Origin: Alphaproteobacteria bacterium
GTDB lineage: Bacteria > Pseudomonadota > Alphaproteobacteria > UBA8366 > Aestuariispiraceae
Assembly: GCA_965223125.1 (NCBI GenBank)
Contig: OZ244984.1
Span: 1,586,353 to 1,650,352, forward strand
Length of the DNA: 64,000 bases
Reading direction: 5' to 3'
Of the stretch, positions 26,710 through 36,073 are shown piece after piece; positions within the stretch are counted from its first letter, which is position 1; every line of letters begins with the position of its first letter. The position numbers were made by a program, and so were the translations under genes. The notes under the pieces are model-generated. The model saw only the letters and a program-made list of their open reading frames with translations. It had not been told where the DNA came from and did not search any database.

Positions 26710-28278
26710 ATGGGCGGCACGTTCATTTGGGGAAACATGTTCCGCGCCATGACCGAACCCGCCCTCACCAATCCGGCTTTGCTGAAACTGTTCGGGTCCG
26801 CGACCGGGCAGGCCGTCGGCGCATCGGGTCGGCGACGGTTGGAAGATACGGTGGTCGCCCTGCGCGCGGTGCTGCTGGCCCAGCCGGACTATCGTCCGGC
26901 CCTCCATCAACTGGGCATCGCACTCCATCGCCTGGGCCGTGTGGCGGAAGCGGAGGCCGTGCTGCGCACAGCGATTGAGCGGCATCCGGACGCACCGGAA
27001 CTGCTGCTTGCCTTTGCCGAAGTGCTGGCCGACTGGAATCATGTCGACGATTCCATCGAGGCGGCGGAGGCGGCGGCGCGCCTGATGCCCGGCGAACCGG
27101 AGCCATTGACCCTGATCGCCCGGTTGCGAGAGGCGCGGGGGGAAACCGCGATGGCGCGGGCCGCACTGGAAGCAGCGGCCTCTGCCGGTCGTCCCCATGC
27201 CCCGGCCCTGATCGCCCTGGGGCGGATACAGCGGCAGGCTGGAGAGATCGATCTGGCGCTTTTCACCCTGGCCCGCGCGATAGAATCGGCAACGGACCCG
27301 TCCGACAAGGCCGCTGCCCATGTTCAGCACGCATTGGCACTGCTGTCCCATGGGCGGATCGCAGAGGGTTTCCGGGAATATGACTGGCGCTGGAAGACGG
27401 GACTGCTGCCAGGGCTCAATCCCGGACTGCCGCCCTGGACCGGGGACAGGCTGGGCGGGCGGGTGCTGCTGGTCCGCTGCGAGCAGGGGATGAGCGAATG
27501 CCTGCAATTCTTCCGCCTGGCCGGACTGATCACCGGCGGGCGGGTGGTGGTGGAGGCCCCCCCGGCGCTGGTGCCGCTGCTACGTGCAAGTCATCAGGTC
27601 TCCGATGTAATCGCCCAGGGCGACCGGCTTCCCCGCGCCGATTGCTGGGCACCGCTTCTCTCCTTGCCCCGATTGATGCGGATCGATATCGAAACGATCC
27701 CTGATACGGTGCCCTATCTGCGTCCGGATCCCAGCCTGTTCGCGCCCTGGCGTCAGCGACTGGTGCCTGGACCAAAGATCGGAATCGCCTGGCATGGCGG
27801 CGAACCCCTGTTTGAGAACCGCCGCCGGTCGATCCCCCTGGCCGCCTTCGAACCGCTGTCCCGGATCGAGGGCGTTCATCTGGTCAGCCTTCAAAAAGGC
27901 GAGGGACGACGGGAGGTCGATACCGTGCCATTTCCGATCCACGATCCCAGCGAAGAGATGGATGAGGGCGAGGGTGCCTTTCTCGATACAGCCGTCGTGA
28001 TGCAGGAATGCGCGCTGATCGTCACTGCTGACACCGCCATCGCCCATCTGGCCGGTGCCCTGGCCCGACCGGTCTGGACCGTTCTGCCGGAAGGCGGCGA
28101 CTGGCGTCTCGGCTGGCATCCCAGCGACAGTCCCTGGTATCCGACGATGGAATGCCTGCGCCGTCCGCCCGGTGGCCGCTGGGAAGATGTCTTCGAGCAT
28201 ATCGCAAGACGACTGGCCGCCCTGAAATCCGGGCATATCGAGGAAGATACGGAAGAGAGTAGTAAAGAAGACCACTGA
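26710..28278 (+). CDS. TPR-repeat protein with C-terminal glycosyltransferase family 9 (heptosyltransferase-like) fold
   Basis: 522 aa. The N-terminal half is TPR-like (PDYRPALHQLGIALHRLGRVAEAEAVLRTAIERHPD). The C-terminal KIGIAWHGG..RRSIPLAAF..VSLQKGEG..LIVTADTAIAHLAGALARPVWTVLP resembles the GT9 donor-binding domain. Start uncertain. Confidence 0.8.
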   Translation: MGGTFIWGNMFRAMTEPALTNPALLKLFGSATGQAVGASGRRRLEDTVVALRAVLLAQPDYRPALHQLGIALHRLGRVAEAEAVLRTAIERHPDAPELLLAFAEVLADWNHVDDSIEAAEAAARLMPGEPEPLTLIARLREARGETAMARAALEAAASAGRPHAPALIALGRIQRQAGEIDLALFTLARAIESATDPSDKAAAHVQHALALLSHGRIAEGFREYDWRWKTGLLPGLNPGLPPWTGDRLGGRVLLVRCEQGMSECLQFFRLAGLITGGRVVVEAPPALVPLLRASHQVSDVIAQGDRLPRADCWAPLLSLPRLMRIDIETIPDTVPYLRPDPSLFAPWRQRLVPGPKIGIAWHGGEPLFENRRRSIPLAAFEPLSRIEGVHLVSLQKGEGRREVDTVPFPIHDPSEEMDEGEGAFLDTAVVMQECALIVTADTAIAHLAGALARPVWTVLPEGGDWRLGWHPSDSPWYPTMECLRRPPGGRWEDVFEHIARRLAALKSGHIEEDTEESSKEDH

Positions 28279-28451
28279 TGCGGGATACCCGTCACCGGAT
28301 ACGGCATTCCTGTTGTCCGCATGCAGGCCAATCACATATCGGTGAGCAGAACGATCGCGCTGATCGTCTTCTCCTGCCACTGCGTATAGGATATGACTTC
28401 GGTCGGGACGGGGCGGCCCCGGATCGTATCCGCCATAAGGAGAATCTGACA

Positions 28452-28907
28452 ATGCGACGCATGATGACGATAGCCTGCCTGACCCTGTTCCTGCCTGCCT
28501 CAGCCTTCGCGATGGGTTTCGGCAGCGGGGATGACACCGCCAAACCGGAGGCGAGCTATGACAAGGGCTATCAGAAGGCGATGGATGGCGACTATGAGGA
28601 CGCGATCACAATCCTGCGTGAGGTGATTTCCGCCGAACCGAAGAATGCCGATGCCTGGAACATGCTGGGATTCAGCTATCGCAATTCCGGGGATTCAGAC
28701 AATGCCTGGGATGCCTATGAGCGGGCACTGGCGATTGATCCGAACCATCGTGGCGCGCATGAATATATTGGCGAATGGTACCTGATGCAGGGTGATATGC
28801 CCTCTGCCAAGGCACAGTTGGAAAAACTTCGGATGCTGTGCCCGACCGGCTGTGAGGAATACGAGACCCTGGATGCATCCATCGCAAAATCAGCCAGCAA
28901 TTCCTGA
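28452..28907 (+). CDS. Small secreted TPR-repeat protein
   Basis: ATG at 28452 (M59 of the track ORF) follows AAGGAG. Signal peptide MRRMMTIACLTLFLPASAFA. TPR-like ADAWNMLGFSYRNSGDSDNAWDAYERALAIDPNH. Confidence 0.8.
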   Translation: MRRMMTIACLTLFLPASAFAMGFGSGDDTAKPEASYDKGYQKAMDGDYEDAITILREVISAEPKNADAWNMLGFSYRNSGDSDNAWDAYERALAIDPNHRGAHEYIGEWYLMQGDMPSAKAQLEKLRMLCPTGCEEYETLDASIAKSASNS

Positions 28908-28909
28908 AA

Positions 28910-30772
28910 TCACTTCACGGAAAGGGCTGGCGCAGCTTCCGCCTGCTTTTCAGGTAGTGGCACGGATTCGGTGTCTTCACACAGACGAGTTTCACAAGGC
29001 AGACTGCGGTCGGATGGGAAGGTGATTGATACGGTCGTTCCGACCCCGACTTCGCTGTCCAGGACCAGATCGGCCTGATGTAGAGTACTGAACAACTGCA
29101 CCAGCGTCAGGCCAAGGCCCATGCCATCGCCCCGGTAAATATAGGGAGAACCCAACCGCCCGAATCTGCTGAGAGCGAGGGGAATATCCTTCGGGGCGAT
29201 GCCTATGCCGGTATCCGCGACACTGAGCCGCAGGCCACCCTCATCGCTCTGCTCCGCCCGCACCAGGATCCGCCCCCCTTTCGGTGTGAACTTGATCGAA
29301 TTGGTGATGAGATTTAGGAGGATCTGCTTGATCCGGATGGCATCACCGTGCAGCCATGGCAGTTCGTCCGCAACCTCCATATCCAGGATCAGTCCCTCGT
29401 TCTGGGCGCGCATCTCGACCAGCCTGAAACAACGCTCGACAATGTCCCCTAAATCGCAGGACGCTTCGTCAATCCGCGTCTGGCCGGATTCGATCTTCGC
29501 GACATCAATGATATCACTGATCAATTGCAGAAGATGCCGACCCGCCATATTCACTGTCTCGGTATAATCGGCATAACGGGGATTGCCTATCGGACCGAAA
29601 ACTTCCTGCTTCATCATGTCGGAAAATCCGATGATCGCATTCAGAGGCGTCCGTAATTCATGACTCATATGCGCCAGGAATTCGGATTTTGACCGACTGG
29701 CCAGTTCTGCTTCTTCCTTGGCATTGATCAATTGCTGTTCAACGCGCTTTCGTTCGGTGATGTCCGTGACCGTCCCGGCCATGCGAATGACACGCCCGGA
29801 TCCGTCCCGCACCGCCATGCCGCGATCATGGACCCAGCGTTCTTCGCCGCCTTGCCTCACTTCTGGATTCAGGCGTATATCGACATCGAACATATCGGCA
29901 TTACCGCGCAGGACATCGGCAATCGCCAGCCGAAAGCCTGCCAGATCATTCGGATGGATGTAATGAGCGATCTCGTCCGGGCGAAACATCTCACGCTTGT
30001 AAGAAATACCGCATATTTCCTGCAAACGCTGTGTCAGCAGAATTTCTTGACGGTCCAGATCCCAGTCCCAGACACCGTCACTGGCTCCATTCAGAGCCAG
30101 GGCATAGCGATCCTCGGTCCAGCGCAGGCGCTGCTCGCTGTCGGCGGCGCGTAACTGCTGGCTGCGCAGGGCAACGATCACAAGGCCCAGCGCCATCATC
30201 ACAATCGCCACGGTCTGAAGGATGTGCTCCAAGGCAGGGCCGTGTCCACCAGGAAAGACGGTATGATAGAGAATCGGTGCAAATGCCGAGAGCAAAAAGG
30301 CCAGCCCCATGAAGCGTAACCCGCGCCCACTGCGATCCCGGCGTATAGAAAGGCAGTAAATGGCCATCCAGAGCGCAACCATCGACAGGGTCGCCTGTGC
30401 CCAATAGGTCGCAAGAAGTCGAGTCTGTGGCATCCCTGCGGCAATTCCAAGCGGAAGCAGTGCCAGCAATAAGAGCATCAGCAACAGTCGCTGAGAAACC
30501 GCTATCCCCAGCATCCGGATCAGACCAAGACCCAGAATGGCAATGGCCAGCGTCGATGTCGTGCGACCCAACACATGCATGAGGCCCGCCGGATCAGTAT
30601 CAATCCAACTTGATAGAATACCGAAACCCAACAGGACGAAGCCACCGGCCCAGTACCGCACCGCGACCGGTGCACCGGGCAGCGAGAGCAAATATCCCAG
30701 CGCCAATGCCCCTGCCCAGGAGGCCCCTACCGGCGCTGATACGCCTGCCCAGAAATCCCAGCCTACCTGCAC
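28910..30772 (-). CDS. Membrane-bound PAS-domain sensor histidine kinase (no adjacent response regulator)
   Basis: 620 aa with about 6 N-terminal TMs, a PAS region ([11 protein letters not shown]...VTDITERK), the H-box [17 protein letters not shown]-box [13 protein letters not shown] and G-boxes DTGIGI / GMGLGL. Confidence 0.9.
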   Translation of the reverse strand: MQVGWDFWAGVSAPVGASWAGALALGYLLSLPGAPVAVRYWAGGFVLLGFGILSSWIDTDPAGLMHVLGRTTSTLAIAILGLGLIRMLGIAVSQRLLLMLLLLALLPLGIAAGMPQTRLLATYWAQATLSMVALWMAIYCLSIRRDRSGRGLRFMGLAFLLSAFAPILYHTVFPGGHGPALEHILQTVAIVMMALGLVIVALRSQQLRAADSEQRLRWTEDRYALALNGASDGVWDWDLDRQEILLTQRLQEICGISYKREMFRPDEIAHYIHPNDLAGFRLAIADVLRGNADMFDVDIRLNPEVRQGGEERWVHDRGMAVRDGSGRVIRMAGTVTDITERKRVEQQLINAKEEAELASRSKSEFLAHMSHELRTPLNAIIGFSDMMKQEVFGPIGNPRYADYTETVNMAGRHLLQLISDIIDVAKIESGQTRIDEASCDLGDIVERCFRLVEMRAQNEGLILDMEVADELPWLHGDAIRIKQILLNLITNSIKFTPKGGRILVRAEQSDEGGLRLSVADTGIGIAPKDIPLALSRFGRLGSPYIYRGDGMGLGLTLVQLFSTLHQADLVLDSEVGVGTTVSITFPSDRSLPCETRLCEDTESVPLPEKQAEAAPALSVK

Positions 30773-30897
30773 CGATTTCGCCCGCCTTTTCTATGCTAAA
30801 GAAATCCAGTCACAATTTAGCCAGGGTATTTAGCATAGTATGCATCACGAAATACGAAGAAATCCTTAATAACTACAAATACTGTGGATTTTCTTTC

Positions 30898-31884
30898 TCA
30901 GAACATTGTATCGATCACCCGGTCCGGGGGATTGTGACCATCGACCCAGGTTTTCACGTTAATGATGACCCGCTCGCCCATATTGATCCGCCCCTCGATC
31001 GTCGCGGATCCCATATGCGGCAGCAGCACGACATTGGAGAGCTTTATGAGCTTCGGATTGACCGCCGGTTCATTCTCGTAAACATCCAGCCCCGCCCCGG
31101 AAATCTGACCCTGGGACAGTGCCTTGACCAGTGCCGCCTCGTCGATCACTTCCCCGCGCGAGGTGTTGACGACATAGGCATGGCTCTTCATCAGATCCAG
31201 GCGGCGACCATTCAGCAGATGATATGTCGCGGGTGTGTGCGGGCAGTTGATGGAGAGAATGTCCATATGCGCGATCATCTGGTCCAGCGAGGACCAATAT
31301 GTCGCCTCAAGCGTTTGTTCGACCTCTTCCGCAACCCGGTTGCGATTGTGGTAATGCACAGACAGTCCGAAACCCCGTGCACGACGAGCAACGGCCGTGC
31401 CGATCCGGCCCATGCCGATGATCCCCAGCCGCTTGCCGTGGATACGATGGCCCAGCATGCCGGTCGGACTCCAGCCTGTCCATTTCCCTTCCCGCACCAG
31501 TTGCTCGCCCTCTACCAGACGACGTGGCACTGCCAGGATCAGTGCCATGGTCATGTCGGCCGTATCCTCAGTCAGGACATCCGGGGTATTGGTGACGATG
31601 ATGCCGCGTTTGCGGGTTGCTGGAAAATCAATGTGATCAACGCCGGTGCCGAAGCTGGCGATCATCTTCAGGCCATCGCCCGCCGCATCGATAATGTCCC
31701 GGTCGATCCGGTCGGTAACAGTGGGGACCAGGATTTCAGCCCGCTGCACCGCATCCAGCATCTGATCGCGGGTGAAAGCCTCGTCGGCGAGGTTCAACTC
31801 GCAATCAAACAGTTCCATCATGCGGGTTTCGATGATGTCCGGCAGCTTGCGCGTGACGATCACTTTCGGCTTTCTATAGGTCAT
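30898..31884 (-). CDS. D-isomer-specific 2-hydroxyacid dehydrogenase (glyoxylate/hydroxypyruvate reductase-like)
   Basis: ATG at 31884 (MTYRKPKVIVTRKLP). NAD motif LGIIGMGRIGTAVARR and catalytic region NTSRGEVIDE..VVLLPHMGSAT. Confidence 0.9.
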   Translation of the reverse strand: MTYRKPKVIVTRKLPDIIETRMMELFDCELNLADEAFTRDQMLDAVQRAEILVPTVTDRIDRDIIDAAGDGLKMIASFGTGVDHIDFPATRKRGIIVTNTPDVLTEDTADMTMALILAVPRRLVEGEQLVREGKWTGWSPTGMLGHRIHGKRLGIIGMGRIGTAVARRARGFGLSVHYHNRNRVAEEVEQTLEATYWSSLDQMIAHMDILSINCPHTPATYHLLNGRRLDLMKSHAYVVNTSRGEVIDEAALVKALSQGQISGAGLDVYENEPAVNPKLIKLSNVVLLPHMGSATIEGRINMGERVIINVKTWVDGHNPPDRVIDTMF

Positions 31885-32078
31885 ATCGCTTCCATCCCTG
31901 AAACCGGGTTCACCGATGAACCCCTCTCGCATCCCCAAATTGGCAGAATACGGATCATCACGACAGCGTCAAAGCCCCGTCTTCCCGCTTGACGCAGGGT
32001 GCAGCGCTTTCTTTATAGAAGAATCAGGCTATAGGAAACCGGTTGACTGATCGCCCCTTCAGTTGGTTTGAGGATTTG

Positions 32079-32573
32079 ATGCTGCGTCGCCCTGCCCTCG
32101 CCGCCCTGCTGGTCGCATTGGGCCTGAGCCTTTTCTCAGGCTCCGCAACTGCGCAGTCGAGCGGCCAGCCGGTACCGCGCATGGTCTCGATCAAGGCGAC
32201 GGAGGCCAATGCCCGCACCGGCCCTGGCGTTGATTATCCGATCCGCTGGGTCTATAGGCGCATGGACATGCCGGTTCAGGTGATCGCGGAATTCGATAAA
32301 TGGCGCAAGATTCGGGATTGGGAAGGTGATGAGGGCTGGGTGCATTTCGCATTGCTGAGCCCAAGGCGCACAGTAGTCGTCACCGCACCGGAAACCACAC
32401 TGCGCCGCCTGTCCGCAGACACCTCTCCCGCTGTCGCACGCCTGGCCCAGGGGATGATCGCCCGCGTCGAACTCTGTGACGCCACCTGGTGCCTCGTCAC
32501 CGTCAATGGCTATGACGGCTGGCTGAACCGCAACGACGTCTGGGGCGTGGAACCGGGCGAAGTGCTGCCCTAG
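32079..32573 (+). CDS. Secreted bacterial SH3-like (DUF1058) protein
   Basis: ATG at 32079 after GAGGA (the track start at 32043 is a TTG). Signal peptide MLRRPALAALLVALGLSLFSGSATAQ. EANARTGPGVDYPIRWVY..WRKIRDWEGDEGWVH. Confidence 0.8.
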   Translation: MLRRPALAALLVALGLSLFSGSATAQSSGQPVPRMVSIKATEANARTGPGVDYPIRWVYRRMDMPVQVIAEFDKWRKIRDWEGDEGWVHFALLSPRRTVVVTAPETTLRRLSADTSPAVARLAQGMIARVELCDATWCLVTVNGYDGWLNRNDVWGVEPGEVLP

Positions 32574-32616
32574 TGGCATCCCATAATCCCGAACGTCGCT
32601 GTCCGCGTGAGGCGGT

Positions 32617-33210
32617 TTACGCGAAATCCTGTTCCAATGCCGCTTTCGACCCCTCGCTGAGCACCGCCATATGGCCGTATTCCGGATGGGTGAATCCGAC
32701 GAGCACCTGTTTGGCGGATTTGAAAGCGGCGATCTGGTCCGGCGTGAAGGGGAAATGGATGAACTGGACGGAGGACGCCTTGCCCGAAGCGCTGGTGCGG
32801 TCAATATCCGCTTCCGGCACACCCTTGACCTCATGCTCGCCGAAGCGCACGAACATCGTCTCCTCAACGCCACCCAGGCGGCCGAGGAAATTCTTGCGGC
32901 GGATCGGATCGTCGATTTCGAACATAACCGTCGCGGTCAGTTCACTCCCCTTCGGGATCATCGGGTTATAGGCCGCCAGCTCATCCGCAACCTGCTCCTC
33001 GCCCCCCTTTTCGATATAGAGCATCTCCTGCACCTGATGCAGCATCGTGTCGAAATTCTCGAAATAGCAGGTGGCGACCGGACCGATCTCGATCCGGCGC
33101 TGTTTTTTGATCGCGATCAGCGCGGCATGGCGCTCCTTTCGGACCTTCACATAATCGGCCAGCGGCAGGATGTCCGCGCGGGTGATTTCGGTCTTGGTCA
33201 TGTGTTCCAT
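32617..33210 (-). CDS. DUF3501-family protein
   Basis: 197 aa with ADYVKVRKERHAALIAIKKQRRIEIGPVATCYFENFDTMLHQVQEMLYIEKGG. Last gene of the rubrerythrin operon. Confidence 0.85.
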   Translation of the reverse strand: MEHMTKTEITRADILPLADYVKVRKERHAALIAIKKQRRIEIGPVATCYFENFDTMLHQVQEMLYIEKGGEEQVADELAAYNPMIPKGSELTATVMFEIDDPIRRKNFLGRLGGVEETMFVRFGEHEVKGVPEADIDRTSASGKASSVQFIHFPFTPDQIAAFKSAKQVLVGFTHPEYGHMAVLSEGSKAALEQDFA

Positions 33211-33244
33211 CTCTTCTCTCTCTAGAACTGATTTCGATCCGGCC

Positions 33245-34603
33245 TTACATCAGGCCATAGGATTTGGCGAGCAGTACGACCGGATGGGCGGCAAGTTCCG
33301 GATTTGTTGAAGTTTCCCCTTCACCCGGTGCTTCGGGATTTTGCGCGATCCCCTGAGCGATGTGCAATCCGGCCAGAGGACATTCGGAAGCAATATATTT
33401 CGCCGCACCCTTCGCCTGCATCTGTTTGAAGACCGCTTTTCCAACCTTCATTCCGGTGTCGAAATTATCCTTCATGATGCCCCAGGACCCGCCATGGCCG
33501 GAGCATCGCTCAACCGAGGCAATCCGCGTGTCGGGGATCAGGCGGGCGAGTTCCGCCCCTTTCTGGCCCATATTCTGCGCCCGTGCATGACAGGAGATAT
33601 GGATCGAAATCGGCCCGTCAAGCGGTTGCAGCCCCTTGGCCAGCCCTTTCTGCTTCGACAGAGCGACAATATATTCGGAAATATCGTGCGATGCCTCGGC
33701 CAGCGCCTTCACATCCGCATCATCAGGCACCAGCAACGGCCATTCGAATTTCAGCATCAGGGCGCAGGACGGGACCAGGGCGATTACGTCATATCCCTTG
33801 TCGATATACGGCTTCAGTGCAGTCGCAACGGCCTTTGCCTTGCCCGCGACGGTGGACAGGTCGCCCTGTTCCATCTGCGGCATGCCGCAGCATTCCGGAT
33901 AAACGACTTCGCAATCGACTCCGTTCTTGGCCAGGATCTTCATCGCCGCCTCGCCGATTTCCGGCGTGTTGTAATTGCCGTAACAGGTAGCATAGATTAC
34001 CGCCTTCTGTCCGACGGCGGGACCGGACGGGTCAAATGTCGGGAAATCCTTCGCCTGCTCCACCAGAGTTTTCCCGGCGAAGGGCGGCAGCGCTGCATCC
34101 TTGTGCACGCCTGCTACCGACTGCATCACGCTGCGGGTCAGGCCGTTCTTCGAATCGGTGGCCCAATTGGCAAGGCCCGACAGGCTGGTACCCAGTTTCC
34201 CGTTGCGATCCGTCCGGGTCAGCTGCGCCTCCATCCCGCCGCGCAGGCCCTTGCGGTTCTCCACCGCCCGGTAGCGCAGCATCAGATGGGGGAAATCCAG
34301 ATTGAATTCATGCGGCGGGACATAAGGGCATTTCACCATGAAGCACATGTCGCACAGCGTGCAGGCGTCGACGACCGGCTTGAAATCCTTCGATTCGACG
34401 GTGTCCAGTTCTTCCGACGGCGATGCGTCGATCAGGTCGAACAGGCGCGGGAAGCTGTCACAGAGATTGAAGCAACGACGACAGCCATGACAGATGTCGA
34501 ACACCCGCCGCAACTCTTCATCCAGCTTGGCCTCGTCATAGAAATCCGGATCGTTCCAGTCGATCACATGGCGCACCGGCGCGTCCAGGCTGCCCTCACG
34601 CAT
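33245..34603 (-). CDS. HdrD/GlpC-like (Fe-S)-binding oxidoreductase with two 4Fe-4S motifs and CCG domains
   Basis: 452 aa with CHGCRRCFNLCDSFP and CTLCDMCFMVKCPYVPP, followed by cysteine-rich CCG-type segments (PECCGMP, VPSCALM, ERCSGHGG). Confidence 0.9.
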   Translation of the reverse strand: MREGSLDAPVRHVIDWNDPDFYDEAKLDEELRRVFDICHGCRRCFNLCDSFPRLFDLIDASPSEELDTVESKDFKPVVDACTLCDMCFMVKCPYVPPHEFNLDFPHLMLRYRAVENRKGLRGGMEAQLTRTDRNGKLGTSLSGLANWATDSKNGLTRSVMQSVAGVHKDAALPPFAGKTLVEQAKDFPTFDPSGPAVGQKAVIYATCYGNYNTPEIGEAAMKILAKNGVDCEVVYPECCGMPQMEQGDLSTVAGKAKAVATALKPYIDKGYDVIALVPSCALMLKFEWPLLVPDDADVKALAEASHDISEYIVALSKQKGLAKGLQPLDGPISIHISCHARAQNMGQKGAELARLIPDTRIASVERCSGHGGSWGIMKDNFDTGMKVGKAVFKQMQAKGAAKYIASECPLAGLHIAQGIAQNPEAPGEGETSTNPELAAHPVVLLAKSYGLM

Positions 34604-34747
34604 TCCCCGTCTCCCGATATCATTCTTTATCAGAATATGCCCGGGCGAACCATCGCCCCGGATTGAGTCCCGGCTTTAGCCTCAGATTCTTGCGGAACAG
34701 GCGGCGCGGGACTGTATCCCGCACCGCCAGACATTCCGACAGACGTC

Positions 34748-35164
<417 letters not shown>

Positions 35165-35334
35165 GGTGACTCTCCTGTCCGTTCCGCGCCGTGCCCCGGA
35201 TCGGGGCGGGGCCTCCGAAATGGGAGGCCGTGGCGCATTGGGTTGCTGATCCGCCAGACGCCATTACGACGCATGGCGCTCCGTTTAAAATCGGAACAGT
35301 TCTAATGTAGCGGATCAGGAGCGGGAGTCAATAG

Positions 35335-35367
35335 TTTATAATAGTTCTAATAAATCATTTATTAGAA
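35335..35367. promoter_or_regulatory. ICE-like (Irr-type) operator candidates: TTTATAA-tag-TTCTAAT overlapping the 23-bp palindrome TTCTAATAAAT-c-ATTTATTAGAA
   Basis: Read directly. 12 of 14 match to TTTAGAA-N3-TTCTAAA at 35335-35351. Perfect 11-bp-arm palindrome at 35345-35367. A further weaker copy, ATCGGAA-cag-TTCTAAT, at 35290-35306. Lies 170-200 nt upstream of the rubrerythrin start. Confidence 0.4.
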
Positions 35368-35397
35368 TGAAATCATTATGAAAATCATTCTTAATCG

Positions 35398-35874
35398 CTA
35401 TGCGCGACTGACCCGGATTATGACATCCACCCGATCCAGCGCCGTCCCGGCGGGCGGGTTCGGCAGGCGCGACACTTCCACGGAATCAACCGGAATATCC
35501 ATCAATTCGCCCTGAGGCTCGATATAGAAATGGTGATGTTCCCGGGTATTAGTATCGAAATAAGACCGGCCCGGCCCAACAACGACCTCCCGCAGCAAAC
35601 CGGATTCACAGAACTGGTGCAGCGTATTGTAGACGGTCGCCAGCGACACTTTAACCGCCGCCTCCCGCGCCATGACATGCAGTTGTTCCGCCGTGATATG
35701 CTGATCGCCACCATCGAAAAGCAGCTTGGCAAGCGCCATCCGCTGCCGCGTCGGACGTAGATTAACCTCTTTCAGTCGTCCAAGCGCGTCGGCAAAGGGG
35801 CGCTGATTCGAAGCACCCGCACCGGTTTCCACGCTGAAAGAACTATCTGTCTGACCTGTCCGTCGGTTCATCAT
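35398..35874 (-). CDS. irr: Fur-family iron response regulator Irr
   Basis: ATG at 35874 (MMNRRTG..). LRPTRQRMALAKLLF, VSLATVYNTLHQF and YFDTNTREHHHFYIE closely match the Irr pattern, including the HHH motif. Confidence 0.85.
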   Translation of the reverse strand: MMNRRTGQTDSSFSVETGAGASNQRPFADALGRLKEVNLRPTRQRMALAKLLFDGGDQHITAEQLHVMAREAAVKVSLATVYNTLHQFCESGLLREVVVGPGRSYFDTNTREHHHFYIEPQGELMDIPVDSVEVSRLPNPPAGTALDRVDVIIRVSRA

Positions 35875-36073
35875 CCGACATGCTCCTTGTTGCATCGCTG
35901 CTGATATCAGGGGCAAAATCTTGATTTCAAGTGGTATCACAATATCCTAGGTCGCTTTTTGGAACAAGACCAATTTCCAAAACCCATCCCAGGGACCGTC
36001 CAGGCCATAATTCTGAGGACGGTTATCCACAATATATGGCGATTTTCGATCCCGAATACGCTATATCCACCCC

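Noticed and set aside
35365-35396. Fur-box-like GAATGAAATCATTATGAAAATCATTCTTAATC treated as a separate confident Fur site
   Set aside because: The match to GATAATGATAATCATTATC is partial by eye (about 11 of 13 over the right part), and it lies right at the irr stop codon. It is mentioned within the ICE finding rather than called as a feature.
36023-36031. Perfect DnaA box TTATCCACA in the irr/PBP divergent spacer; a near-match TCATCCACA on the minus strand near 46876
   Set aside because: These are single isolated boxes, with no cluster, no adjacent AT-rich unwinding element and no CtrA-type TTAA-N7-TTAA sites. This is insufficient to call oriC. It may be a DnaA-regulated promoter at most.
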